A stretch of DNA of 64,000 bases from a virus: IMG/VR virus record IMGVR_UViG_3300047160_036265; one strand, written 5' to 3'. Position 1 is the first letter of the stretch. Each line of letters starts with the position of its first letter. Below, in pieces: positions 8,601 through 17,869 of this stretch. The position numbers and the translations under genes were made by a program. The notes beneath the pieces are model-generated. The model saw nothing but the letters and a program-made list of their open reading frames with translations, made no database searches and was not told the origin of the DNA.

Positions 8601-8768
8601 TTAGAACAAGCGCTGGTTGCACACGGTCACTGCCGCAACGTAAGCGCCCGCAGCCTGGTTGCACAGGTTGTTGACGTTAATCTTCGGGCACATCGGGTAG
8701 AAAACCCGCCAGGTCACATAGGTGTAGTTCTCGATCTGTGCCGCCACGTTGAAATACTTGCACTTCAT
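8601..8768 (-). CDS. small Cys-containing peptide (~55 aa)
   Basis: RBS GGAGGA lies 7 nt before the MKCKYFN start. The peptide has 4 Cys and its own terminator downstream. Confidence 0.4.
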   Translation of the reverse strand: MKCKYFNVAAQIENYTYVTWRVFYPMCPKINVNNLCNQAAGAYVAAVTVCNQRLF

Positions 8769-8806
8769 GTGTTGATCCTCCATAATTGGTTATAACCACA
8801 AGCACC

Positions 8807-9592
8807 TTATTTATCCGACCGGCGGTATTTTTTCATGTCCTCAATACATTTTTCCCGGTTGGCGTCCAGCACGTCCTTTATAGCGGGGTTTTGTTGAAGG
8901 AGAGCGTTGATGGTCACGCCGCCCTCGTGGTACACCCAGCTTTTCCCACAGATCGCCTGCTTGTAACCATAATAACGCATCCGGTTGGCTAGTTCCTGGT
9001 CCTCATACATCGCATACGGGTAATGCTTGAGAAAGCCGCCGACGTGCTTGAACAACTCTCTATGAAACATGACGCAAAAGAGGGGCAGGTAGCCATCGGT
9101 CAATATCACATCGCCGGTAGCCTCCCCTCGCTTTCCTATCAAGCGGTCGTCGCCTGGGTTGTTGGATCGGGCCGAAACCATCCTGACATTCTGGCTTTTG
9201 AGTTCTACCAGGGACTCGCCCAGGCGAAGCATCCAGCCACCCTCATCGGGAACGCAATCCGAGTGCAGGAAAACGACCCACGGTTGCTCGGTGGCGTTGA
9301 AACCGGCTTCCAAGGCCCCGGCAAAACCCACCTGCTGCTCCAGACGGATCGCCCGCACCTGGGGAATGTCCTTAGCCTGCTTCACGAAGTCCTTATTGGG
9401 CGAAGCATCGTCCACCAGGGTAATACGGTAGGGATTGCTGCGAGTCACCTGAAGAACACTCTGGATAAGGCGGGCCACCTTGTCTATATGACCGTGAAAG
9501 GGAACCAGAATGTCCACCGGCGAACGGGCAAATGGACTGTAATTGGTTCCCAGGGGTCTGGGGTTGTAATATTTTTCAAGAAGCGGCACCAA
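8807..9592 (-). CDS. family 2 glycosyltransferase
   Basis: ITLVDDASPN and LHSDCVPDEGGW are typical GT2 motifs. Confidence 0.65.
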   Translation of the reverse strand: MVPLLEKYYNPRPLGTNYSPFARSPVDILVPFHGHIDKVARLIQSVLQVTRSNPYRITLVDDASPNKDFVKQAKDIPQVRAIRLEQQVGFAGALEAGFNATEQPWVVFLHSDCVPDEGGWMLRLGESLVELKSQNVRMVSARSNNPGDDRLIGKRGEATGDVILTDGYLPLFCVMFHRELFKHVGGFLKHYPYAMYEDQELANRMRYYGYKQAICGKSWVYHEGGVTINALLQQNPAIKDVLDANREKCIEDMKKYRRSDK

Positions 9593-10193
9593 ATACCTCC
9601 GTCATCTTTGCCGCAAGCTGGTAAGGATCATCCAGGTGGTGGGCGGTGAGAGGAAGCTCCAGCAGGCTGGGGTTATATTTGTCGCCAATGCCAATCAAAT
9701 ATAAGTCGCAGCGGTAGTCCTTGGTCCTGTTCTGCCCCAAAGCTATTTCCATCCCAATCCAGTGCGCCCCACGGTTTCGGTCGGTAATATAGACAAACTT
9801 CTTCCGGTGCGAATGATTCTCGTGGCCGATCAGGGCCAGGGTACAGTTAATGGCCTCCACATCTGAGAAGATCGGGGGCATCTTGTATTCCATTAGTAAC
9901 GCAATCGCTTTGCCTTGGTAGTCTGGAATATCATAGCGGTTCGGGTTGAAAATGTATACCCGGTCTTCCGTCTCCTCCAAGGGCCTGATGGCCTCTACCA
10001 GTTGGGCCTTGATAATATCAATATAACGCCGGCTGTCGGGGTGGTGTTGCGGGGAAATATCCAAGACCAGACCCGCTAACAGAGGACGATACCCCTGATA
10101 CTCGTCTGGTATTTCCAGGTCGCTGGTGTCAATCTCGATGGATTCGTTTAACGCCCCCGCCGGCAAATGCAAAGGTACAAATGTTTCCTGCAT
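9576..10193 (-). CDS. hypothetical protein
   Basis: 205-aa ORF. Confidence 0.5.
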   Translation of the reverse strand: MQETFVPLHLPAGALNESIEIDTSDLEIPDEYQGYRPLLAGLVLDISPQHHPDSRRYIDIIKAQLVEAIRPLEETEDRVYIFNPNRYDIPDYQGKAIALLMEYKMPPIFSDVEAINCTLALIGHENHSHRKKFVYITDRNRGAHWIGMEIALGQNRTKDYRCDLYLIGIGDKYNPSLLELPLTAHHLDDPYQLAAKMTEVFGAAS

Positions 10194-10231
10194 ATCACTC
10201 CTGAGTTCTATATATTAGAGTAGAGGGTGCC

Positions 10232-11098
10232 ATGATAGACTACAAGCAACTTGAGCAATATATTGACAGTCTGGAAAAACTGCTCCTTTTCCTCCGGGAC
10301 TACCGCAACAAGCTGTACGAGGACAGCCAAGCCGGCGACTACCTCCGGGAGTTTCACTACCTGAAAGAGTTAGTTCGTTCCAGCGCTTGGCCAGAGGCCA
10401 TCGACCCCGGCGAGTTATGCACCCCGGATTCGGAGGACGACAAGAACGAACGTGCCGCTACCATTCTTTCAAATATCGTGCGCCTGGAAAAACTGTCCTT
10501 CCTCGACTTCGGCTGCGGCGAGGGTCATGTCGCCCACCAAGCCGCCCAGATCGCCATGAAGGTCGTCGGCTTCGAGTTCACAGCCCAGGAACGGTGGGGC
10601 CGCTGGGCCAGGGACAATGTTTATTTCACCACCAACCTAAACGACCTCAACCAACACGGCCCTTTCGACGTTATTTTGCTTTACGACGTATTGGACCACA
10701 TCGACAACCCCGTGGAAATACTAAAGCTGGTCAAGTCCCTGCGACGGATCAACGGACCCATCTACATTCATTGCCATCCCTGGGCCAGCCGCCACGCCAC
10801 CCACTTATATCATCAGATCAATAAGGCATTCCTCCACGTCATTTTCAGCGAACAAGAACTGCTCAAGCTGGGTTACAAAGGCAAGAAGACCGCCAAACTG
10901 CTCCACAGCATGGGAACCTACCGAAAGTGGTTCGCTGACGCCGGATTGCAGGTGAAAACGGAGTCACCGAACCGCAGGCCGGTGGAGGACATCTTCCTGC
11001 GTGACCCCACGCTCCAGAAGCGCATGAAGGCACATTGGCCCGACAATCTGCCCATCAATGAATTGAAGCTGGAATCCGTGGATTATATTGTTGCCTAA
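10232..11098 (+). CDS. class I SAM-dependent methyltransferase
   Basis: FLDFGCGEGHVAH is motif I, and ILLYDVLDHIDNP follows it. Confidence 0.65.
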   Translation: MIDYKQLEQYIDSLEKLLLFLRDYRNKLYEDSQAGDYLREFHYLKELVRSSAWPEAIDPGELCTPDSEDDKNERAATILSNIVRLEKLSFLDFGCGEGHVAHQAAQIAMKVVGFEFTAQERWGRWARDNVYFTTNLNDLNQHGPFDVILLYDVLDHIDNPVEILKLVKSLRRINGPIYIHCHPWASRHATHLYHQINKAFLHVIFSEQELLKLGYKGKKTAKLLHSMGTYRKWFADAGLQVKTESPNRRPVEDIFLRDPTLQKRMKAHWPDNLPINELKLESVDYIVA

Positions 11099-11808
11099 CG
11101 GAAGTCGCCCAGGCCCAGCTTATATTTGATCTTGGGCAAAGCCCGCCATAAGTCGTAATCGTCATACTCGTCCACCGTTGGCACCCAATCCACCACGTCT
11201 ACGAAATGGTCGTCGGCGTAAGCCGCAATCTTCTTGGCCTCCTCCTTGGGAGGCAGGTCGGGCCAGTGCAGCCCCAGGATGCGCAGTTTGTTGGTTATTT
11301 CAATGCTTCGGGTCGTCAAATTGTCCACCAGCACCCAGGGACAGCAAGAAAGGTTCAGCAGCTTGGCGACCTCCCCAGGCTCGGTTTCGCCGGTGCTGAA
11401 GACGCCCCGAATGTAAGGCTCCCACTCCATGCCCCGGATCACCTTCATCGCGTAGTCCTTTTCACTGTGGGTGAGGATATACAGATGGGCGAACTGACTG
11501 ACGGCCTTGAGGAACTTGGTGGAACCCGGTCGTGGGAAAATAAACTGGTCCTTGTCCTCGGCGTGTATGCAGAACACATCAGGATAAGGAGATTCACCAG
11601 GAACAACCAATGCCGCATATCCCTTGTTCTCCGGCGAGTCCTTGAGCCAACCAACCTCCATGTTGTGAACCAGGGTTTCATCCATATCACTGAAGACAAA
11701 TCGTTCCGTGCTTTCGAGTTGTTCCAGCCACAATCTGAAGGGGTTATTCATCGCTATATTTAGGAAGTCGGCCCGCAATCCTATGTCCTCCGTACTAAAT
11801 AACTTCAT
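11095..11808 (-). CDS. HAD-superfamily phosphatase, FCP1/NIF (CTD-phosphatase)-like
   Basis: FSDMDETLV carries the DxDx(T) catalytic motif. Start trimmed to MKLFSTEDIG at 11808. Confidence 0.55.
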   Translation of the reverse strand: MKLFSTEDIGLRADFLNIAMNNPFRLWLEQLESTERFVFSDMDETLVHNMEVGWLKDSPENKGYAALVVPGESPYPDVFCIHAEDKDQFIFPRPGSTKFLKAVSQFAHLYILTHSEKDYAMKVIRGMEWEPYIRGVFSTGETEPGEVAKLLNLSCCPWVLVDNLTTRSIEITNKLRILGLHWPDLPPKEEAKKIAAYADDHFVDVVDWVPTVDEYDDYDLWRALPKIKYKLGLGDFR

Positions 11809-12574
11809 GGTCGATGGATTTTCAGAGTTCTTCCGGGAACAATGCCTTCTGGAACACGGCGAAGATGTGAAGGTCCAGGTGCGCGATATTCTCAAGCGCA
11901 GCAAGCCCAAGACAAAACGGGGCCTGCTGATTGTCTTTGAGGGCATCGACGGTGCCGGCAAAACCACCCAGGTCAATCTGCTCAAGAAATGGCTGGAAAA
12001 GGAGCAGAACTACGCCGTGACCTTTAGCAAGTGGAACTCAGCCAAACCCATCAAACCACTCACCAGCGCTCTCAAGGACAAGCGGGAACTCAGTCCCATC
12101 CTCTACAGCCTGATGCACGCCGCCGACATGGTTCACCGCTACGAGAACTGCATCCTGCCGGCATTATCCGCCAACAAGATCGTGCTGTGCGACCGCTACA
12201 TCTACACCAGCATCGTGCGCGACAAGGCCCGTGGGGTGGATGTGGAATGGTTGAACAAGATATACAAGGACATGCGCGAACCGGACGTACTGTTCTACTG
12301 CAACGTGCCCATCCATATCGCCTTCGGGCGGCTCATGAAGGAGAAGGGCCTGACCTACTACGGGACCGGCAGTGATCTCAACCTGGCAGACAGCCGGGAA
12401 GAGAATTATATCAAGTACGAACACCTGCTCGACAAGCTCTATCGCAAGGTACTGCCGGAAGTGAAGTCCTTCCACAAGCTGGACATGCGCAAGAGCATCC
12501 CGGAGATTCAGGAAGACATCCAGGCAATCGTGAAAAGAAAGTTTGGCATCGGGAAATATGCTAAGGAGGAATGA
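11783..12574 (+). CDS. tmk: thymidylate kinase (start uncertain: 11783 or 11807)
   Basis: LIVFEGIDGAGKTTQ is the classic dTMP kinase P-loop. The gene is divergent from the phosphatase gene, and both share a central CATG. Confidence 0.8.
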   Translation: MSSVLNNFMVDGFSEFFREQCLLEHGEDVKVQVRDILKRSKPKTKRGLLIVFEGIDGAGKTTQVNLLKKWLEKEQNYAVTFSKWNSAKPIKPLTSALKDKRELSPILYSLMHAADMVHRYENCILPALSANKIVLCDRYIYTSIVRDKARGVDVEWLNKIYKDMREPDVLFYCNVPIHIAFGRLMKEKGLTYYGTGSDLNLADSREENYIKYEHLLDKLYRKVLPEVKSFHKLDMRKSIPEIQEDIQAIVKRKFGIGKYAKEE

Positions 12575-12762
12575 TGCTCACGTTTTGCGAGTTCCTGGCA
12601 GAAAGCCTCGATCCAATGGCACTTCAAAAGGTCATTTCTGAACTAGAAACCATCCTCATCCAGTACAACTACGAGTTCGGCGCAGATACGCAAAGCCGAC
12701 TCAAGAAAGTGATCTACGAACTGAGGCGGCTCGCCAAGGCATCCTTGTCCGAAACAATGTAA
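12571..12762 (+). CDS. hypothetical small protein
   Basis: An ATGA overlap couples it to the tmk stop. 63 aa. Confidence 0.4.
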   Translation: MMLTFCEFLAESLDPMALQKVISELETILIQYNYEFGADTQSRLKKVIYELRRLAKASLSETM

Positions 12763-13235
12763 TCGCCATCCAGCGGCTCCGGCCATTTGATCCCCAGGGA
12801 GGGGTCTTGGAAATGCACGCTGGACTCCAGGGCGGGGTCGTAGACCCCGCCTTGCGCATACACCAGGGTCGTGTGATCGGTAGCCGCAAAGAACCCGTGG
12901 CCACAATCTGGTGGGACAAAGAGTTGCTTGGGGGTTTCAGGGTTTAACCAGACTCCGTACCACTGCTTATAGGTCGGGGAATCCTTGCGCAGATCAACCA
13001 CCACATCCCACAACTCGCCTGAAACGCAGGTGCAAAGTTTGAAAAACGGAACCTTGTGAATACCCCTGACCACGTTGCGCAAGGAGAAGGACCAGTTTAT
13101 TTGCGTCACCGGACAGGCAACGATTTCCCTATGCCGATCCAGGTTAAAGAGTTCCTGAAAGAAGCCCCGGTGGTCGCAGTAGCGGTCGAGTTCAATAACG
13201 TAGGCCCCCAGCACCGGAGTCTTAATGAAGTCCAT
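12714..13235 (-). CDS. rfbC: dTDP-4-dehydrorhamnose 3,5-epimerase (RmlC, cupin)
   Basis: HRGFFQELF, RGIH and CGHGF motifs. Confidence 0.7.
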   Translation of the reverse strand: MDFIKTPVLGAYVIELDRYCDHRGFFQELFNLDRHREIVACPVTQINWSFSLRNVVRGIHKVPFFKLCTCVSGELWDVVVDLRKDSPTYKQWYGVWLNPETPKQLFVPPDCGHGFFAATDHTTLVYAQGGVYDPALESSVHFQDPSLGIKWPEPLDGDYIVSDKDALASRLSS

Positions 13236-13291
13236 TTCACACCCTCCTGCATATATACCGTGTCATTGTATTCTAGGGAAAGGAGTCTACC

Positions 13292-13489
13292 ATGACGTGG
13301 TTCATTATAATAGTTGTCCTATTCGTGGCGATTGTCCTGGCAGCCATCTATTGGATGCCACCAGAGAAGCCCTGTTGTGAGTGCAAGGAGAAGTGCGGCG
13401 AGGACTGCCCCTGCAAGGGCGAATGCACACCTGCCTGCCGTCTGTGCTTTAAGACGCCTCCTCCGATATACCCACCAGGACGCTACTAA
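13292..13489 (+). CDS. membrane-anchored Cys-rich (metallothionein-like) small protein
   Basis: RBS AAGGAG. An N-terminal transmembrane helix is followed by CCECKEKCGEDCPCKGECTPACRLC. Confidence 0.55.
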   Translation: MTWFIIIVVLFVAIVLAAIYWMPPEKPCCECKEKCGEDCPCKGECTPACRLCFKTPPPIYPPGRY

Positions 13490-13497
13490 GCGCAAAC

Positions 13498-13526
13498 AAA
13501 CGCCCGGAAGGTCATTCCGGGCGTTT
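13498..13526. terminator. bidirectional hairpin terminator
   Basis: aaacgcccgga-aggtcat-tccgggcgttt, with a T-rich tract on the minus side. Confidence 0.5.
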
Positions 13527-13529
13527 GGA

Positions 13530-14429
13530 CTACTGGCTGACCCTGCGAACGATCTCACTGATCTCGTCCAGGGCCGTCTTGTACTTGTCGGGCATTTCAA
13601 CACACTTGGCAAGGCTGCCGTAATGCTCCTCAAGGCAGTCCAGAAGTAGCTGCTTGATCGCTGCCTCATCCGGCCCCCAGGGCAGGGTGGACTTCTCGTA
13701 CAGGGCCTCCAGTTCCTTCTCCTTGGCGGCGAAATAGTCCCGAATCTGCTGTTCGGTCCAGTCGCCCCGCCGGATGGACTTCAGTTGTTCACGGTTGCGC
13801 TGAAGATCAAGGTCGCCCTCGGCCATCAGCATCTCGACTTCATTCAAAAGTCGCACAACATGATATGCGAACTTGAGATCAAAACCGTGTTCTTCGATCA
13901 TGGCCTGACGCTTGCTGGACTCACGTTCCTTCTTGCCCATCTTATTGACCTGTTGATAGGCATAACCCTTGAAGGTGTGCCAGCACTTCTTGTGCAGGAA
14001 CATCTTGCGCTTCTCCCGGACCATCTGCCCGACGCGCGTAATATGCAGCACGCAGTTGTCCGGCGTGAACAAGGAGTCGATCATATTCGGGTTGTTGCCC
14101 ATGACCAACTGGAAATAGTCCACGATGTTATAGCAGTTCAGGTCGTAGTCCCGGCCCTTGCCGCCCATCGCATCGTCGTCCTTGACATGATGCTCCTGGT
14201 AGTTGGAGAAGCGGTGCTTCTGCGTGCCAAAGCCGATGATCTCGCCTCGAAGATGGGGGAATATATCCTCTTTAGGTGGCACACAAAAAGCATAAATATC
14301 CATGTCGGACGTATCGCTGGACACACCATAGGCCACGCTGCCCATGAGGGTTTCGTAGTGGACGTTGTTCGGCAGCCAGGCCGGCGGGTGGGCGAGCTTT
14401 TTCTCGGTCAGTTCTCGAATGTAGCTCAT
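13530..14429 (-). CDS. Pol-beta superfamily nucleotidyltransferase
   Basis: GSVAYGVSSDTSDMDIYAFC carries the GS..[DE].D motif. Confidence 0.55.
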   Translation of the reverse strand: MSYIRELTEKKLAHPPAWLPNNVHYETLMGSVAYGVSSDTSDMDIYAFCVPPKEDIFPHLRGEIIGFGTQKHRFSNYQEHHVKDDDAMGGKGRDYDLNCYNIVDYFQLVMGNNPNMIDSLFTPDNCVLHITRVGQMVREKRKMFLHKKCWHTFKGYAYQQVNKMGKKERESSKRQAMIEEHGFDLKFAYHVVRLLNEVEMLMAEGDLDLQRNREQLKSIRRGDWTEQQIRDYFAAKEKELEALYEKSTLPWGPDEAAIKQLLLDCLEEHYGSLAKCVEMPDKYKTALDEISEIVRRVSQ

Positions 14430-14499
14430 GGTATCTCCTCCCTCAATTATAACACGACGCCCCTAAATAGACACAGCAGAAAGGGGAAGGTTCGCGCTG

Positions 14500-15090
14500 A
14501 TGATTACCTTTGTCGAATTCACCAAAGCCGCCGACGAGAGCCAGATCGACACCCTGTACTCCAAGGCCCACATCGCCGTCGAGATCGTCCGCATGTACCA
14601 GCCCGAACTGCTGGCGGACATTTCGACCATCGCCAACCTGGCGAGCGGTGCCTACGGCGTGTACAACTCCGGCGATAACCGCAAGGTACTGCCGCCGGAA
14701 ATGGAAAAGCAACTCGTCTATTACGGGCCGGTCGGGCGGCACAACCTGGATATGATCCCCAAAAAGACCCTGATGCAATATTATCCTTACCTGCATCCCC
14801 AGCAGATTCAGGACAGCGACACCATCCATGTCAACGTGCGAAGAATCATGCAGGAGAGCGATAATGACCTGGACGCGATTCTCGAAATCGCCTCAACCAT
14901 CGTCCACGAATGCACCCATGAAAAGGAGCGAGAGGCCACCGGGCAGACATCAGAGGCGGGGCCGGTACGCGCTGAGGAAGCATTTATGGGTTGGGCCAAG
15001 CAAAACATGAATAATCTGTTGCAAAGGTTCCCCCAACTTCGGGGCGACGTTGTGGGTCGTAAGGGGCAATTGCCAGCCGGAAAAGTTTGA
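14500..15090 (+). CDS. hypothetical protein with HExxH motif (putative metallopeptidase)
   Basis: IVHECTHEKE. Confidence 0.45.
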   Translation: MITFVEFTKAADESQIDTLYSKAHIAVEIVRMYQPELLADISTIANLASGAYGVYNSGDNRKVLPPEMEKQLVYYGPVGRHNLDMIPKKTLMQYYPYLHPQQIQDSDTIHVNVRRIMQESDNDLDAILEIASTIVHECTHEKEREATGQTSEAGPVRAEEAFMGWAKQNMNNLLQRFPQLRGDVVGRKGQLPAGKV

Positions 15091-15111
15091 AAACGGGCTA
15101 TATATTCCACC

Positions 15112-15453
15112 ATGCTGCACCCTGAGCTACAGCTATTGAATGAGGCGATGGACTACGAGGGTCGCCCAGAGGACGAGCGCACTCTGGTGTTTTACGGGCC
15201 GGCGGTAGCCCACAAAGTCAACTTTGATGTGAACGTATTTCACTCGAAGTTCATGCTATCCGACCTGAATCGCTTCCAGTCTGAGTGGGGCTGGCTTGTT
15301 ATTTTGCAAAACGGCACCCTGGAGGACGTGGTGACAACCCTAGAAAGTTACCGCCCGTTCCTGCCGCTGGATCAGATTGATGCCCTGTGGTCCGAGACGC
15401 TGAAAACGGCACCGCCGGGAGATATGCACCACGGATTTGCAAACTGGCACTGA
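15112..15453 (+). CDS. hypothetical protein
   Basis: 113-aa ORF. Confidence 0.45.
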   Translation: MLHPELQLLNEAMDYEGRPEDERTLVFYGPAVAHKVNFDVNVFHSKFMLSDLNRFQSEWGWLVILQNGTLEDVVTTLESYRPFLPLDQIDALWSETLKTAPPGDMHHGFANWH

Positions 15454-15454
15454 T

Positions 15455-15784
15455 ATGAAGTCGTACAACGAGTGGAAAAAAGAGGATAAGAACAAGGCAG
15501 AGGCCCCGCTGCGGAAGGACCGCTTCGGTGGCTTGCTGCCCGAAAACATGGAACGGGCCAAGCACGTTGACCTCATCACCTTGCCACCCGATGTCCAGGG
15601 AACGAACTGTGGCAACTGCCTTTATATGGTCATGAAAGGCAACGAAGGATGGTGCGAACACAAGGACGTACTGATGCACGTCAACAAACGCATGTGCTGT
15701 GCCCTGTGGGACAACGACGGCGTGGAGCGGGGCTGGGGCGAGATGGAAGGGAGCGGCTTCGCCAATAAAGACAAGAAGAAATAA
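15455..15784 (+). CDS. hypothetical Cys-containing protein
   Basis: CGNC...CEH...CC motifs. Start trimmed to MKSYNEW. Confidence 0.45.
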   Translation: MKSYNEWKKEDKNKAEAPLRKDRFGGLLPENMERAKHVDLITLPPDVQGTNCGNCLYMVMKGNEGWCEHKDVLMHVNKRMCCALWDNDGVERGWGEMEGSGFANKDKKK

Positions 15785-15814
15785 CCGTTTTGACTATATA
15801 AGGAGGAGGAACTT

Positions 15815-16018
15815 ATGTATTTCTTGGTCACATCCGATGAAAGCATCTTCTTCTGGCAACTGAAGAAGAACGACGGCACAGCCATCGCCCAGGCCATGCA
15901 GAACTACGACAGCCTGGCGCACGCGATGACGGACATCAACCTCATCAAGAAGTGGGCACCGACCGCCGAAACGATCATCACGATCATTCCGCCTTTTGGG
16001 GGTCCGCCGCCGGCATAA
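15815..16018 (+). CDS. YegP/DUF1508-like small protein
   Basis: A strong RBS AAGGAGGAGG precedes the ATG. The FFWQLKKNDGTAIAQAMQNYDSLAHAM pattern resembles the DUF1508 repeat. Confidence 0.5.
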   Translation: MYFLVTSDESIFFWQLKKNDGTAIAQAMQNYDSLAHAMTDINLIKKWAPTAETIITIIPPFGGPPPA

Positions 16019-16559
16019 TCCCCAGGTCGTACACACTGAGCAGGGGATAATAATTCCACCGTTCCAGTAGCCGCCCGGCCCCTGCCTCACGATCCACCAG
16101 AGCCACAACGCCAGTGATCGTAGCCCCGTACCATTCAGCCGCCTGCGCTGCCCTGTCCACCTGAGTGCCAGTCGTCACAACGTCCTCGACAATAACAGTA
16201 CGAAACGTCGGCCAGGCATCCAAAGGCTGACCGGGCTTGAGGACTCCTTCCACCGACCCGTCTTTTTTGACAACAAAACCGTTGAGTGACTGACCCCGCA
16301 TCCGGGTCATCAGGAGCATTCCGCCCACAATTGGGTCCGCCCCCACGGACGGCCCGCCGATTTGATGAGGAAGGGGTTGCAGGACTTCCCAGAGGCATTC
16401 CACGACCAGATGCAGGCCCTCGGCGGTCCAGAGCTTGCTGCCGTCGATGAAGTAATGGGAACGACCGCCGCCGGACAGGGGAAAATCCCCGTAGGTCAGG
16501 CAGTTAGCCTTCACCGCCTCCGTCAGCAGCAACTTCTTTTCGGCACTGAGAATATTCAT
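15984..16559 (-). CDS. pyrE: orotate phosphoribosyltransferase-like type I PRTase
   Basis: VIVEDVVTTGTQV is the PRPP-binding loop. The N-terminus EAVKANCLTYGDFPLSGGGRSHYFID aligns with PyrE [21 protein letters not shown]. Confidence 0.65.
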   Translation of the reverse strand: MNILSAEKKLLLTEAVKANCLTYGDFPLSGGGRSHYFIDGSKLWTAEGLHLVVECLWEVLQPLPHQIGGPSVGADPIVGGMLLMTRMRGQSLNGFVVKKDGSVEGVLKPGQPLDAWPTFRTVIVEDVVTTGTQVDRAAQAAEWYGATITGVVALVDREAGAGRLLERWNYYPLLSVYDLGIMPAADPQKAE

Positions 16560-16770
16560 GTGTGGGGTACTTGTCCAGGGAAATAACAGAGGTTTTGCCG
16601 TCGAACATTACCGTGCTACTCACCGTCACGCCATCTACTTGATAGTGGCGATCACGGATGGCCTTGAGAATGTAAGGCAGAGTGGCCCCAATGACGATGG
16701 TGCCGTCCTCCTCACGGAGTTCGGCATAGATGGTGTCTGGGGCCAGGCCCCCGTGTTCATTTCCCAGCAT
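16504..16770 (-). CDS. hypothetical small protein (low confidence; overlaps pyrE start by ~56 nt)
   Basis: MLGNEHGG... ORF. Confidence 0.25.
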   Translation of the reverse strand: MLGNEHGGLAPDTIYAELREEDGTIVIGATLPYILKAIRDRHYQVDGVTVSSTVMFDGKTSVISLDKYPTHEYSQCRKEVAADGGGEG

Positions 16771-17008
16771 ACGCACGTTGGTTAGTTTGTACAACTTTTT
16801 TCCCCTTCCTGTTCTTGGGCAATAGGTACTCAAGGTCTTTGAGCGTTTCTTCCAACTTCTTGGCCTCGTCGCCGTAGCAGAAATGCCGGTCGGCACCACC
16901 GCTCTTGGAGAAATGGATGGTGGCGGTATAACCTTGCGCAGTGGTTGTGAATCCGACACGGGCGATGGCGTCGAGGTTGATGTATTCATTACCGACAAAT
17001 AAAAACAT
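16757..17008 (-). CDS. hypothetical small protein
   Basis: RBS AAGGAG precedes the MFLFVGNEY start. Trimmed from the 16757..17362 ORF. Confidence 0.4.
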   Translation of the reverse strand: MFLFVGNEYINLDAIARVGFTTTAQGYTATIHFSKSGGADRHFCYGDEAKKLEETLKDLEYLLPKNRKGKKVVQTNQRAYAGK

Positions 17009-17032
17009 GGCTGGCTCCTTTCTACATATTAT

Positions 17033-17869
17033 ATGGCCATCCTGAACTTCAAGCAGTACCAAGCCGCCGCTAAATTGCGTCAACTCATCCCCGTGGCGGT
17101 GCGCATGATTCAGGGGGCTTTCAGCCTGCAAATGCCCCAACTCCAGGTCGCCCATCGTATTCACGAAATCCGTGGCCCCCACGATCCGGTGCGGGAAGAG
17201 TGGAACATGCTCTTCGCTGACCCCCATCCCTCGAACCAGAGTTTTCAGGAGTGGACCAAGCGATCCCCTGCTGCAATTTTCAACTTCGGCACAGAAGGGG
17301 ATGATATTCTTACTCAGTACGAGAACGGAGGCAGGAACCGGGTCTATTTCTCGATCAATCAAAAAGTAGTCAAGATTGCCGACGACAAAAACGAGGCTAT
17401 TATCGTCGGCCTGGCGATTGAAGGAGAGCGGATTCCAAATATTGCAGTGTTAGACGTGGTTCAACTGGCAACCTTCGCCAGCGCCATGCGCATTGAAGAC
17501 CTCTACGCCATTAAGCAGGAGTTGGTGAATACGAACATCAGCATGGAGTTGAACCGGGCGTCCATAGCGATCCTGACCTTCCTGGGGATCGCTGGCAAGG
17601 GGGCCTTGGCAAGATTGCGTGACCAGCCCCAGCGGGCAGTGGACAAAACCGCCATGTTCACGGCCCCGGAATCTGAGGCCGCAGTCCGCCCTTACATTAA
17701 GCTGATTCTGGACGTGGTATTCTTGCTACTAGACAAGACAGGCTACCTATGGACGGATATTGCACCAGGCAATATCGGCCAGGATGAAGGGGGGAAGCCG
17801 GTGCTTTTCGATCTGGGCATGATCTACGCCCACGGAAAGCCCCGGCTCCCCCAAATCCCCAGCATTTAG
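17033..17869 (+). CDS. protein-kinase-like fold protein (ePK/APH-like catalytic loop)
   Basis: WTDIAPGNIG...VLFDLG resembles the kinase catalytic loop (D.....N) and the DFG-like element. KVVKIADD may hold the VAIK lysine. Confidence 0.4.
   Translation: MAILNFKQYQAAAKLRQLIPVAVRMIQGAFSLQMPQLQVAHRIHEIRGPHDPVREEWNMLFADPHPSNQSFQEWTKRSPAAIFNFGTEGDDILTQYENGGRNRVYFSINQKVVKIADDKNEAIIVGLAIEGERIPNIAVLDVVQLATFASAMRIEDLYAIKQELVNTNISMELNRASIAILTFLGIAGKGALARLRDQPQRAVDKTAMFTAPESEAAVRPYIKLILDVVFLLLDKTGYLWTDIAPGNIGQDEGGKPVLFDLGMIYAHGKPRLPQIPSI

Noticed and set aside
11783-11808. Shared CATG giving divergent overlapping starts for tmk (plus) and the HAD phosphatase (minus)
   Set aside because: I could not decide between the tmk starts at 11783 and 11807. 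The overlap may be only apparent. It is reported as start uncertainty, not as a regulatory feature.
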